From: a bacterium
GTDB taxonomy: Bacteria > UBA8248
DNA: 64,000 nt
Reading direction: 5' to 3'
Assembly (NCBI GenBank): GCA_965199855.1
Contig: OZ241326.1
Coordinates: 2,080,001 to 2,144,000 of the forward strand
Made by a program: the position numbers and the translations under genes. Positions 18,980-28,271 of the stretch are shown here, piece after piece. The notes below the pieces were generated by a model. That model had not been told where the DNA came from, ran no database searches, and worked only from the letters and a program-made list of their open reading frames with translations. Position 1 is the stretch's first letter. Each line of letters begins with the position of its first letter.

Positions 18980-19960
18980 CTACATGAAATACTTGCGGTC
19001 GTTCATGTCCGGATACATGTCCGCCACCCATTTCCCGTAGCCGTTGAACAGGAGCGTCGGCCGCCTCTCGTTGGTCCCCAGCATCCGCTCGGTCGCCTGC
19101 GACCATCGGGGGTGGTGGAATTTCGGGTTGATGTTCGCCCAGAAGCCGTATTCGCTGGGCGCCGTCCGCTCCCAGAAGGTGCGGGGGCGCTTCTCGGTGA
19201 ACTCGATGGAGACGATGGACTTCACGTTCTTGAACCCGTATTTCCAGGGAGCGACCAGCCGCAGGGGCGCGCCGTGCTGCTGCGGCAGGGGATGCCCGTA
19301 GATGCCCGTCCCCATCATCGCCAGCTCGTTCATGGCTTCCTTCATGGTGAGCGCCTCCACGTAGGGCCACGGATACCAGACCTGGAGCTGCCCGAGCGCG
19401 ACCTTGCGGTTCAGAAACGTGGTGAATTTCACGTATTTCGCCCTGCTCGTGGGCTCCACCTTTTTGATGAGCTCGGATATGCGGAACCCCGTCCAGGGGA
19501 CGGCCATCGCCCACGCCTCCACGCACCGGAAGCGGTAGAGGCGCTCCTCGAGCGTCATGCCCCTTATCAACTCGTCGATGTCGTAGGTCTTGGGCTTTTT
19601 GACGTGGCCGCCCACCTCCACCCGCCAGGGGCGCGTCTCCATGCGCTTCGCCAGCCAGGCGATGTATTTGTTGCCGCCGAACTCGTAGAAATTGTTGTAT
19701 TCGGCCGCGACCTTCTCGTCCGTGAGGGGCCTGTCCAGGGCGAAGGCCGGGTTTCTCGCCGCCGGGTAAAGCCCCGTCGTCTTGTCGTCGGGGTGCGGGC
19801 CGCCCTCCTTCTTCGCCTGGGCCAGGGCGGGGAGCGCCGCCATCTGGCCCAGCATGACGCCCACGCCGCCCGCCATGAAAGAGCGGCGGCTCAGGAAAAC
19901 GGATTCCGGCGTCGCCTCGCGCTCGGGCATCGACCATCCGGGCTTTTTGATGAAGTTCAT
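18980..19960 (-). CDS. msrP: Protein-methionine-sulfoxide reductase catalytic subunit (molybdoenzyme)
   Basis: TPE..F.SRR Tat signal, YNNFYEFG, RCVEAW, HGAPLRL, WKYGFK..KSI and HPRWSQATER. Confidence 0.95.
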   Translation of the reverse strand: MNFIKKPGWSMPEREATPESVFLSRRSFMAGGVGVMLGQMAALPALAQAKKEGGPHPDDKTTGLYPAARNPAFALDRPLTDEKVAAEYNNFYEFGGNKYIAWLAKRMETRPWRVEVGGHVKKPKTYDIDELIRGMTLEERLYRFRCVEAWAMAVPWTGFRISELIKKVEPTSRAKYVKFTTFLNRKVALGQLQVWYPWPYVEALTMKEAMNELAMMGTGIYGHPLPQQHGAPLRLVAPWKYGFKNVKSIVSIEFTEKRPRTFWERTAPSEYGFWANINPKFHHPRWSQATERMLGTNERRPTLLFNGYGKWVADMYPDMNDRKYFM

Positions 19961-20225
19961 CTTCTCCCCCCTCACTGACGGCGTTGGCGGCGAATGACGC
20001 GCGCGCCCTCCACGGCGCGCGGAAAACATTACCACACCATCGCGCGCGAAAACGCCGAAAAATCGAATTTTATCGGGCGAAGATATGCCTCATGCGCGTC
20101 ATTGCGGCGGGCGCCAAGCCGAAATCCAGACGAACGAAAGGCGACGGCGGCCCGACGGGACGCATGAATGCGGCCCGCTTTGCAAGGAAAACCCGGACGC
20201 GCCCCTACGGCGCGTTGAGCGGGGT

Positions 20226-20786
20226 TCAGGGCAAGAGTTTTATCAGGCTGACGATCGCGCCGACGGCGCCGGCGGTCAGATACAGCGCCTTGCGGTATAT
20301 CTCGCCGCGGAAATCGGAGAGTTCATTGCGCAGTTTGGCGATGTCTCCTTTGAATTCCTCGCGCGACTCGGAGAATTCGTTGCGCAGCTTGGCCATGTCT
20401 TCCTTGAATTCACCGCGCAACCCGGCCATGTCTTCCTTAAGCTCCGCGCGCACATTGGCGATTTCCATTCGCAATCCGGCGATATCGCTCTTGACTTCCG
20501 CGCGCAGCTCGGAGAACTCGTTGCGCAGCTCGGAGAACTCGTTGCGCAGCTCGGCGTGGTCTTCCTTGAGTTCCGCGCGCACGCCGGCGATGTCTTCCTT
20601 GAGTTCCGTTCGCAGTTTGGCGTGGTCGAGCTTCAGTTCGTTGCAGGCCTCGGCGAGGTCGGCTTTGGTGGCGACGTTCTCGGCGACGGCGTCGCGCACG
20701 GTGGCGACCACGGCTTCCGCCTGGGTCTCCCCGAAGCCGGACTCCTTGAGCAGCTTCGTCGCCTTGAGGGTGTCGAACGCGGGCAT
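20226..20786 (-). CDS. DUF1640/CCDC90-like coiled-coil protein with C-terminal membrane anchor
   Basis: FDTLK..L...GF.E.QAEA head, ATKADL neck, 11- and 7-residue coiled-coil repeats, hydrophobic C-terminus. Confidence 0.85.
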   Translation of the reverse strand: MPAFDTLKATKLLKESGFGETQAEAVVATVRDAVAENVATKADLAEACNELKLDHAKLRTELKEDIAGVRAELKEDHAELRNEFSELRNEFSELRAEVKSDIAGLRMEIANVRAELKEDMAGLRGEFKEDMAKLRNEFSESREEFKGDIAKLRNELSDFRGEIYRKALYLTAGAVGAIVSLIKLLP

Positions 20787-21043
20787 GATCTTCTCCTCCG
20801 GTTCAGAGCGTCCACCATAGCACCGGGGGCTTCGCCGACGCAACCATCCGCATAATGCGGGGTTCCGGGATATGTCCGCCCCTTCCTCCCAGCCTCTCGC
20901 GCGGGACAGCCGCAGGGAGTTTGCCCTGCCGCGAACCGCGCGCCTCATACGGCCGCTCCCCTGAATTGATCGGTGATGAAAATCCGCCGATAATCCGCGA
21001 GCGCACCGCAGACGAACCTAGAACCTGAAGGCGAGGAGACCCC

Positions 21044-22102
21044 ATGCCCGATCCGCGCTATCCCGTCGAACGCCTGGAGAACTTCATCCGCGCCGCGCTC
21101 ACGGCCCACGGCGTTCCTGATGAGCAGGCCCGCGTCTGCGCCCTCCGCATGGTCGAGGCCGACCTGCACGGGATGCGCGGACACGGCATCTTCCGGCTCC
21201 CGCCCTACTGCCGCAGAATCCGCGAGGGCGGCTACAACCTGCGGCCCGACATCCGCGCGGAGCGCGAAACCCCGGTGAGCGCGCTGGTGGACGGGGACAA
21301 CGGCCTGGGCCAGGCGGTCGTCACCTTCGCGGCCGAGCTCGCCATCCGGAAGGCGAAGGAAAGCGGCCTGGCGTGGGTCGGCATCCGCCGGGGAAACCAC
21401 GCCGGCGCGGCGGGCGTCTATGCGGCGCTTCCCCTCGCCCACGACATGATCGGCATCTACATGGCGGTCGCCAACGCCAACCACATGCCCCCCTGGGGCG
21501 GCGTGGACATGCTGCTGAGCACGAACCCCATCGCCTGCGCCATCCCCGCGGGCGAGGAGCCGCCCTTTCTCCTCGACATGGCCACCACCGAGACCTCCTA
21601 CGGCAAGGTGAAGGTCTACGCCCAGGAGGGGAAGCCGATGCCCGAGGGCTGGATGATGACCAGGGACGGAAAGCCCCTCACGGACGCCTCGCGCGCCGGG
21701 GAGGGCTTTCTGCTGCCCATCGGGGGCCACAAGGGCTACGGCCTGAACATCATGATCGGCGTCCTCGCCGGCGTGCTGAACGGGGCGGCCTTCGGCTCGG
21801 CCGTCGTGGACTTCAACGAGGACTTCCAGACGCCCACGAACACGGGCCAGGTCTTTCTCGCCGTGCGGCCGGACCTTTTTCGGGACATGGACGACTTCAG
21901 GGCCGAGATGGACTCGCGGCTGCGCGAAATCAGGAACTCCGCCCCCATGAAGGGCGGAGGGCCCGTCCGCGTCCCCGGCGAGGGACTGGCGCGCCGCAAA
22001 GAGGAAATGCGCCGCGCGGGCGTCCCCCTCGCCCCGCCCCTGCTTGACCGGCTGCGGGCGCTGGCGCGGGAGCTGAGCCTCGAGGACGCGCTGGCGGACT
22101 GA
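21044..22102 (+). CDS. Ldh_2-family oxidoreductase (malate/L-lactate/sulfolactate dehydrogenase type)
   Basis: GHGIFRL, DGDNGLG, NHAG, TNPIA, DMAT and GGHKGYGL. Confidence 0.93.
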   Translation: MPDPRYPVERLENFIRAALTAHGVPDEQARVCALRMVEADLHGMRGHGIFRLPPYCRRIREGGYNLRPDIRAERETPVSALVDGDNGLGQAVVTFAAELAIRKAKESGLAWVGIRRGNHAGAAGVYAALPLAHDMIGIYMAVANANHMPPWGGVDMLLSTNPIACAIPAGEEPPFLLDMATTETSYGKVKVYAQEGKPMPEGWMMTRDGKPLTDASRAGEGFLLPIGGHKGYGLNIMIGVLAGVLNGAAFGSAVVDFNEDFQTPTNTGQVFLAVRPDLFRDMDDFRAEMDSRLREIRNSAPMKGGGPVRVPGEGLARRKEEMRRAGVPLAPPLLDRLRALARELSLEDALAD

Positions 22103-22190
22103 ACGCCCAAAGCCCCCCCCTCCCAGCGCGGCGGCGATGAACGCTTCGCGCCCGCGTCGGGCGGCTCCGCCCGGGAGGGCGCGCCCTACC

Positions 22191-23708
22191 CTACGGGCCG
22201 CTGACCCGCTCCCGCTCTTCCAGGACGTAGGAGCGCAGCTTCCTGGCTCTCGCTCCATAAACCCTGATTTTCGCGGCGTCCAGGGGGACGTTCACGCGCT
22301 GCATGAGGATTCTGTCGTCGCCCTCGTGGACGTGGGGCATGACGCCGGCGAACGAAAGGCCGATTCTCTCGCACTGCTCCACCAGACGCGGAGAGGAGGC
22401 GTCGCCCAGCGGCAGGAAGGCGTACGCGGCGTCCCTCCGCTCGCGCGCGCACCGCCGCACGGCGTCGGCCACCTCCGCCGCCGTCGCCTCGCCTATCCTG
22501 CGGACGGTGATGAGGACGGCGTTCAGCTCCTCCGGGAGGGCGGACGCGCTGACGGAGGACTCCCCGGCGGGCGCGCCCTCGCCCGCCTCCGCGAAGGTCC
22601 TCGGCAACTCCAGCCATTCGTAGATTTCGGCCATCATCGCCCGGTGACGGGGCGGGGCGTAGATGGCCGCCGCGGAGCGATCGAAGGCCCTGTAGTGGTT
22701 CAGAACGGAGCCTTTCTCCTGCCTCTCGGTCGGCATGTCCTTCAACCGCATTCCGGCCGCCGCGATTCCCATGAGCAGGCCGCAGGGCCGCGCCCCGCAG
22801 TGCTCCTCCATGGCGCGCTGGGAGGCGGTGTGCGTCGTGACGGAGCAGTCGAAAAAGCCCCTGTCGCCGGCCTCCTCGGACACCTCCAGCACCGCGCGGC
22901 CCATCCGCGCGGAAAGCCCCGGACACTTGTAGGCCGGATCGATGAAGGCCAGGCCGACCTCGGGCGCCCCGCTTTCGGGGGCGTGCCGCTTGAAGCAGAC
23001 GTGGGCGATCATCTCCCCGCCGGCCGGATTGAAGAACACCAGGGGTCTGTAGGCGCCGGCCAGAAATTTCTCGGTCAGCAGGTCCAGGTCATAGAGCAGC
23101 TCCTCCTGGGTGTAGCCGTAGCACCTCCACGCCAGCCGGCAGATTTCCCCCAGATCGTCCAGCGTCCCCGGGCGCATGACGGCGCTCTCGACCAGGGAGC
23201 GCCTCCGGCGCCGCCCCCGCGCGCCGCCCCGCAGCAGCTCCTCGGGCAGGGCGCCGAACCTGAGCTTCTTGCGCAGGCGGGTCTCCTTGCCCTCCCGCCC
23301 GTGAACGAACAGCTCTACGGAGTCCACCCCCTCGCGCATGAGCAACATCCCCAGCCCGGGGGCGTTCATGCCCTCCAGGGTGTCGGGGGTGTAGCGATCC
23401 GCCTGGCTCAAGTCGAAGGGGATGCCGTTTTCGCGGATGGAGACGACCAGCGAATCCTCCTGAACGCGAAACTCCAGATGAACGCGCTCGTCCTCGTCGG
23501 CGGGCCTCGAGAAATGCCGCACGGCGTTCGAGAACGCCTCCTCGACCGCGACCTCGAGAGCGAACCTGTCGCTCTCCCCGAAGGAGAGGAGCTCGCTCAC
23601 CTGCCCCGCGCAGGCCGCCGCGCTCCGCACCATCAGCGGATTGACCGGAAGCGCCATCGCCGCGATGAAGATTCCAGGGGCGGGCGGCGTTCGATCCGTC
23701 ATTTCCAT
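22191..23708 (-). CDS. RsbW-like HATPase domain fused to a GNAT-like region
   Basis: LAVEEAFSNAVRH, ENGIPFD and GLGMLLM kinase motifs, followed by an EVGLAFIDPAYKCPGL GNAT-like motif. Confidence 0.75.
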   Translation of the reverse strand: MEMTDRTPPAPGIFIAAMALPVNPLMVRSAAACAGQVSELLSFGESDRFALEVAVEEAFSNAVRHFSRPADEDERVHLEFRVQEDSLVVSIRENGIPFDLSQADRYTPDTLEGMNAPGLGMLLMREGVDSVELFVHGREGKETRLRKKLRFGALPEELLRGGARGRRRRRSLVESAVMRPGTLDDLGEICRLAWRCYGYTQEELLYDLDLLTEKFLAGAYRPLVFFNPAGGEMIAHVCFKRHAPESGAPEVGLAFIDPAYKCPGLSARMGRAVLEVSEEAGDRGFFDCSVTTHTASQRAMEEHCGARPCGLLMGIAAAGMRLKDMPTERQEKGSVLNHYRAFDRSAAAIYAPPRHRAMMAEIYEWLELPRTFAEAGEGAPAGESSVSASALPEELNAVLITVRRIGEATAAEVADAVRRCARERRDAAYAFLPLGDASSPRLVEQCERIGLSFAGVMPHVHEGDDRILMQRVNVPLDAAKIRVYGARARKLRSYVLEERERVSGP

Positions 23709-23747
23709 GCCCCCGCGGCTTGAGGCGCGGCGCGCGGAGACGCCCCG

Positions 23748-24986
23748 CTAGTCCTGAAGGATCAGCTCCTCGCAGTAGGGCGCGCGCGTCATATAGACGG
23801 GTTCGTCCTCCGTGACGAGGATGTGATCCTCGATGCGCACGCCCGCCCCGCCGGGGACGCCCGGCACGAATATCAGGGGCTCGATGGCGAACGTCATCCC
23901 AGGGACGAACTCCACGCTCTCCGCCCCGGGCATCACCTCGCCCACGTAGGGCGGCTCGTTGGGCGAAATGCCGCAGCCGTGCCCGATGAAGAGCTTGATG
24001 AAGTTCTCCTCCAGCCCCGCCGCGCGCGCGACTTCGAGAAACTCCGCCGCCGAGTCGTCGTTCGTCCAGCCGGGGCGCATCTTTTCGATTCCCGCCCGAA
24101 GCGCCCTGTAGACGGTCGTATAGACCTTCTTCTGCATGGGGTGGGGCGGGCCGCCGGCGACCTTCGCGCGCCCGCAGTCGCCGAAGTAGCCGTTCCAGCA
24201 GGCGCCGATGTCGATGAACACGATGTCGCCGTTGCGGATGATCTTGTCGGTGGGAAAGCGCGTGGGCGGCGCCATGTGCTCGCCCGAGGCCACGAACGGA
24301 GAGGCCAGGTGTCCGAACTCCCCTCCGTGGGTGAAGAGCGTCTTCATCGCCTCGGCCGCCACGTCGTATTCGCGCGCGCCCGGCGCGGCCGCATCCAGCG
24401 CCGTCATGGTCACGGCGTCGGCGATCGCGCACGCCTGCTGAAGGCAGGCCACCTCGTCCGGCGTCTTCTGAATCCGGCTCATATACATGAACCGCTCCCC
24501 GTCCACGAAGGAGGCTTCGGGGAAGTATTTCTCGATCATCGCCCGCTGGGTGAAGGTGTGGCCGTCCAGGCCGATGACGCCGTTCGACACCCCCCAGGCG
24601 TCGAAGCGCTTCCGGATGTCCTCGCGCACCGCGTGTTCCACGAGGCCGGGCTCCTCCAGGATGCCGATGGGGACGTAGTCCTCTATCCAGGGCATGCACT
24701 CCTCGATGCGGTGCGCCTCGCCGCTCGAGGCCAGCAGCGTGGGGCTCCCCTCCTGCCGGAGCAGGACGCCGTAGGTGGTGGAGGAGCGATACTGAATCAT
24801 GATAACGCGCGCGCTGGTGAGATAGCGCACGTTCTCGTCTTTCCACAGGATGAGGGCGTCGATGCCCTGCTCCTTCATCGCCGCCTGGGTTTTCGCAACG
24901 CGCTCCCTCCGCATCCGCTCCATGTCGATTCGATGCTCCCAGTCCACCATCATGGAGCCGCGCGCCCAGGTGGGGTAGTCCGTCAT
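23748..24986 (-). CDS. M24-family (Xaa-Pro peptidase / creatinase-like) metalloenzyme
   Basis: NVRYLT, QKTPDE and metal ligands DIG..WNGYFGD, GHG.G, EP and RIED. Confidence 0.88.
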   Translation of the reverse strand: MTDYPTWARGSMMVDWEHRIDMERMRRERVAKTQAAMKEQGIDALILWKDENVRYLTSARVIMIQYRSSTTYGVLLRQEGSPTLLASSGEAHRIEECMPWIEDYVPIGILEEPGLVEHAVREDIRKRFDAWGVSNGVIGLDGHTFTQRAMIEKYFPEASFVDGERFMYMSRIQKTPDEVACLQQACAIADAVTMTALDAAAPGAREYDVAAEAMKTLFTHGGEFGHLASPFVASGEHMAPPTRFPTDKIIRNGDIVFIDIGACWNGYFGDCGRAKVAGGPPHPMQKKVYTTVYRALRAGIEKMRPGWTNDDSAAEFLEVARAAGLEENFIKLFIGHGCGISPNEPPYVGEVMPGAESVEFVPGMTFAIEPLIFVPGVPGGAGVRIEDHILVTEDEPVYMTRAPYCEELILQD

Positions 24987-25096
24987 GTCGCGTTCCTCCT
25001 TCGACAAATCGTTGAAAAACAAAAGGTTGTCATGTCAAACGCCCCGCCGGGCGGGGGGGCCGTCCTCAATGGTTCGCGCGCGGGATTTTCCGGGCG

Positions 25097-25222
25097 ACGC
25101 TAGCACCCGCGCGGCGGCGTGTCAAGAAATCGCCGCAGGACGCCGCGCCGGCGGCGAACCGGACGCGGGATCGAATCCCAAACCCCCGCCGCGCTTGATG
25201 CCGCGGCGAAAAGCGGTAGAAT
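25097..25222. promoter_or_regulatory. Divergent sigma70-like promoters (M24 gene and crotonase operon)
   Basis: Minus strand TTGACA-17-TAGCGT. Plus strand TTGATG-16-TAGAAT (25195-25222). Confidence 0.45.
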
Positions 25223-25361
25223 GCCCGAAGGCGGAACCGCCGCTTCGCGCGCGCTCGGGAGCCCGGCCGGCGGGAACGCCTCGCCTTCCGGCGCCGCTCT
25301 CGCGGCGGGAGGCGCGGGCGGCTTCTGAATATCCCCCGAAAACGGGAGCGGAGAACCAGCG

Positions 25362-26129
25362 ATGAGCCTCGTCCTCTACGAAGTGAAGGACAAAATCGCC
25401 ACCGTCACCCTGAACCGGCCGGAGAAGCTCAACGCCTACAACGAAGAGATGGTCGGGGAGCTGTACGAAGCCTGGCGGAAGTTCGCCGGCGACGACGACG
25501 CGTGGACGGCCATCGTCACCGGCGCGGGGGATCGCGCGTTCTGCTCGGGCCACGATCTGGACATGATTCTGGAGAGCGACGGCCAATACAAGGACCACGA
25601 CTCGCCCACGATGTGGTACGGCGAACTCGAGATCTACAAGCCCATCATCGCCGCGGTGAACGGCTACGCCTTCGGCGGGGGGTGTTCGCTCGCCCTCTCG
25701 TGCGACATCCGCATCGCCTCGGAGAAGGCCGCGTTCGGCTACCCGCAGCCCAGATACGGCGCGATGAGCCTGGGCGGACACCAGCGTCTTCCCAAGACCA
25801 TCCCGCCCGGCATCGCCATGGAGTTCATCCTGACGGGCCGAACCATCCCCGTCGAGGAGGCCTCGCGCTGGGGCATGGTGAACAAGGCGGTTCCCCACGA
25901 GGCGCTGATGGACGAGGCGCGCGCCATGGCCCACCTCATCAACCAGAACGCGCCGCTCTCCGTCCGCCACACGAAGGAGGCGCTCCTGAAGGGCATGAGG
26001 ACGCCCGACGTGCGCGAGGGCATCAACATGGCCAAGCTCATCAGCTACCGCCTCCAGACCTCCGAGGACACGCGGGAGGGCCTGGCGGCCTTCACGGAGA
26101 AGCGAGAGCCCCAATGGCGGGGCCGCTGA
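25362..26129 (+). CDS. Enoyl-CoA hydratase/isomerase (crotonase) family protein
   Basis: LNRPEKLNA, AFCSGHDL, KPIIAAVNG.AFGGG and AFTEKREPQW. Confidence 0.93.
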   Translation: MSLVLYEVKDKIATVTLNRPEKLNAYNEEMVGELYEAWRKFAGDDDAWTAIVTGAGDRAFCSGHDLDMILESDGQYKDHDSPTMWYGELEIYKPIIAAVNGYAFGGGCSLALSCDIRIASEKAAFGYPQPRYGAMSLGGHQRLPKTIPPGIAMEFILTGRTIPVEEASRWGMVNKAVPHEALMDEARAMAHLINQNAPLSVRHTKEALLKGMRTPDVREGINMAKLISYRLQTSEDTREGLAAFTEKREPQWRGR

Positions 26130-26208
26130 GCGGGGCGGCGTCCGCGCCCCCTCCCCGCCCGCCGGAAGCGGCGCGCGTCCGCGTTTTCGCGCGCCCGGGA
26201 GACCGCGA

Positions 26209-27246
26209 ATGAGCGATTCCCAAAAAATCGGCATGGCCTTCATCGGTCTCGGCTGGTGGGGCGCCGCGCTCGCCGACGCCGCCCTGGCCTCCGGGAAAGC
26301 GCGGGTGACCGGAGGCTTCGCCCGCACCCCCTCCTCCCGCGAGGAATTTATCGGCAAATACGGCGGCAGGAACTTCGGCTCCCTGGAGGCACTGCTGGCG
26401 GACGGGGAGACCGAGGCCGTCGTCATCGCCACCGCGAACTCCGTCCACAAGGAAATCGCCGTCGCCGCCGCCCGCGCGGGCAAGCACGTTCACCTCGAGA
26501 AGCCCATGGCGCTGAGCGTCTCCGACGCGAAGGCCGTCGAGCGCGCCTGCCGGGACTGCGGCGTGAAGCTCCACCTGGGGCAGAACTTCAGGCGCTGGCC
26601 GATGTTCCGCAAGGCGAAGGAAATCGTCGAAAGCGGGAAGCTCGGGCTGGTGAGCCTCGCGGTCGCCACGTTCTCCAACAACCACGGCTTCACGGCGGGG
26701 CCCGGCAGCATGAGGTGGGACGCCGCGGAAAACCCCGGCGGGCCGCTCTACAGCTACACCATCCACCTGGGCGACGTGATGGAGTATCTCTTCGGCGAGG
26801 TGGCCGAGGTGAGCGCCCGATGCGCCAAGGTGGGCGGCCCCAACCCCCAGGAGGACGCCGCCGCCGCCATCCTGCGCTTCGAGAGCGGGCTTTTGGGCGC
26901 CGTTTCGGGCAGCTACCTCGCCCCGTTCCACTTCGCCTTCGACGTCCAGGGGACGGAGGCGAACCTGGGCCTCACCACGACGGACAACCCCACCCTCAAG
27001 CGGCCCATCGACATGATGGGCGGGGTGGAGACGGAAACCATCCCCCTCGACCACGACCTGGTGGAGGGGAGGCTGCTCGCCAACCGCGAGCAGTTCGACG
27101 ATCTCGTCGGCGCCATCCGCGAGGACAGGGACCCGGAAGTCACCGGCCGCCACGGCGTGCGCGCCCTCGCCGTCATGCGGGCGATTCTGAAAAGCAGCGC
27201 CGAGAGGCGGACGGTGACGATGGAGGAGATTCTCGAGACGGACTGA
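26209..27246 (+). CDS. Gfo/Idh/MocA-family oxidoreductase
   Basis: IGLGWWG, GKHVHLEKP and GG.L....IH..D. Confidence 0.92.
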   Translation: MSDSQKIGMAFIGLGWWGAALADAALASGKARVTGGFARTPSSREEFIGKYGGRNFGSLEALLADGETEAVVIATANSVHKEIAVAAARAGKHVHLEKPMALSVSDAKAVERACRDCGVKLHLGQNFRRWPMFRKAKEIVESGKLGLVSLAVATFSNNHGFTAGPGSMRWDAAENPGGPLYSYTIHLGDVMEYLFGEVAEVSARCAKVGGPNPQEDAAAAILRFESGLLGAVSGSYLAPFHFAFDVQGTEANLGLTTTDNPTLKRPIDMMGGVETETIPLDHDLVEGRLLANREQFDDLVGAIREDRDPEVTGRHGVRALAVMRAILKSSAERRTVTMEEILETD

Positions 27247-27341
27247 AAGCCCTCCGCCCCTCCCGCCCCCGGCGCCCGGCGTCCCTGTCATGCCGGCCGG
27301 GCCGCGCGTCGGGAGAGCGCTCCGCCCCGGGAGCAGCGCGA

Positions 27342-28058
27342 ATGGGCAGGCGCCGCGACACGCCGGACTTCACCCGCTCCAGCAGGCTCCTCTCGCTGAA
27401 CTACCGGCCCTCGCCGGAGGAGCGCGAACTCGCGCGCCGGCTCATCGCCTCCACCCGCGCGAGCGAGCGCGAAGCCTTGGGCCAGAAGCTGATTGACGGC
27501 GTCTGCCGCGCCATGAACATCCCGCCCGCGCGCCTGCGCGTGCTCGACGATCGACAGCCCCACAAGCTGCGCGGGGGGAAACTCGCCTACAAGGAATACG
27601 GCGTCTATTACTTCGGGAACGCGGCGATCGGAATCGCCAACCTCACCGCCGTGCGCGAGCAGGTCGTGGCGGGCAGGACGTTTTTCGACACCCTCGTCCA
27701 CGAACTCATGCACCACATCGACAGAAAGCTGCTCGGCATCCCCTCCACTCCGCACAGCCCGGGCTTCTACGCCCGCGTCGACGACCTGAAGGCCCGGCTC
27801 GCGCGCGCGAAGGGGCGCGAGCGGCCGCCGCCGAAGGGAGGCGCCTGGGAGCGGCCCGGAAACCTCAAGGCGGCGTTCGAGACGGCGGTCTCCGCCGCCC
27901 GGCGAAGAAGCGGGAGGGCGGACGCCGCCCCGCCGCCCGAAGCCGCGCCCCCCTCCCCCGCTCCGGAGCGAGGCGCGAAAAAGGATTTGCCCCGCCTCCG
28001 CCCGGAAGCCGACGCGCCGACCGGGGAGAAGGGACAGCTGGCGTTCGACTTCAGGTAG
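27342..28058 (+). CDS. Putative Wss1/SprT-like zinc metalloprotease with C-terminal QLAFDF motif
   Basis: TLVHELMHH...PHSPGFY (HExxH plus a third His), a low-complexity tail and terminal QLAFDFR. Confidence 0.65.
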   Translation: MGRRRDTPDFTRSSRLLSLNYRPSPEERELARRLIASTRASEREALGQKLIDGVCRAMNIPPARLRVLDDRQPHKLRGGKLAYKEYGVYYFGNAAIGIANLTAVREQVVAGRTFFDTLVHELMHHIDRKLLGIPSTPHSPGFYARVDDLKARLARAKGRERPPPKGGAWERPGNLKAAFETAVSAARRRSGRADAAPPPEAAPPSPAPERGAKKDLPRLRPEADAPTGEKGQLAFDFR

Positions 28059-28271
28059 GCGTATTCGCTCCCCCCGCAAGGGACGCTCGCGCGAACCATG
28101 AGACGCGGAGCGGGCGGCCGTCTCCCGAAGAGGGGAAAGGAGGGGCACCCGGCGGCGGGAGGCGCGTATTCCAGGCTTGTATTTCCTCCGGCGATTGGGT
28201 AAAGAGGAAACGGAGCGGACAATCGTCCCCTTCATCCAGTCGAACGCCTTTATGAGAGGAGCGTCTTCACC

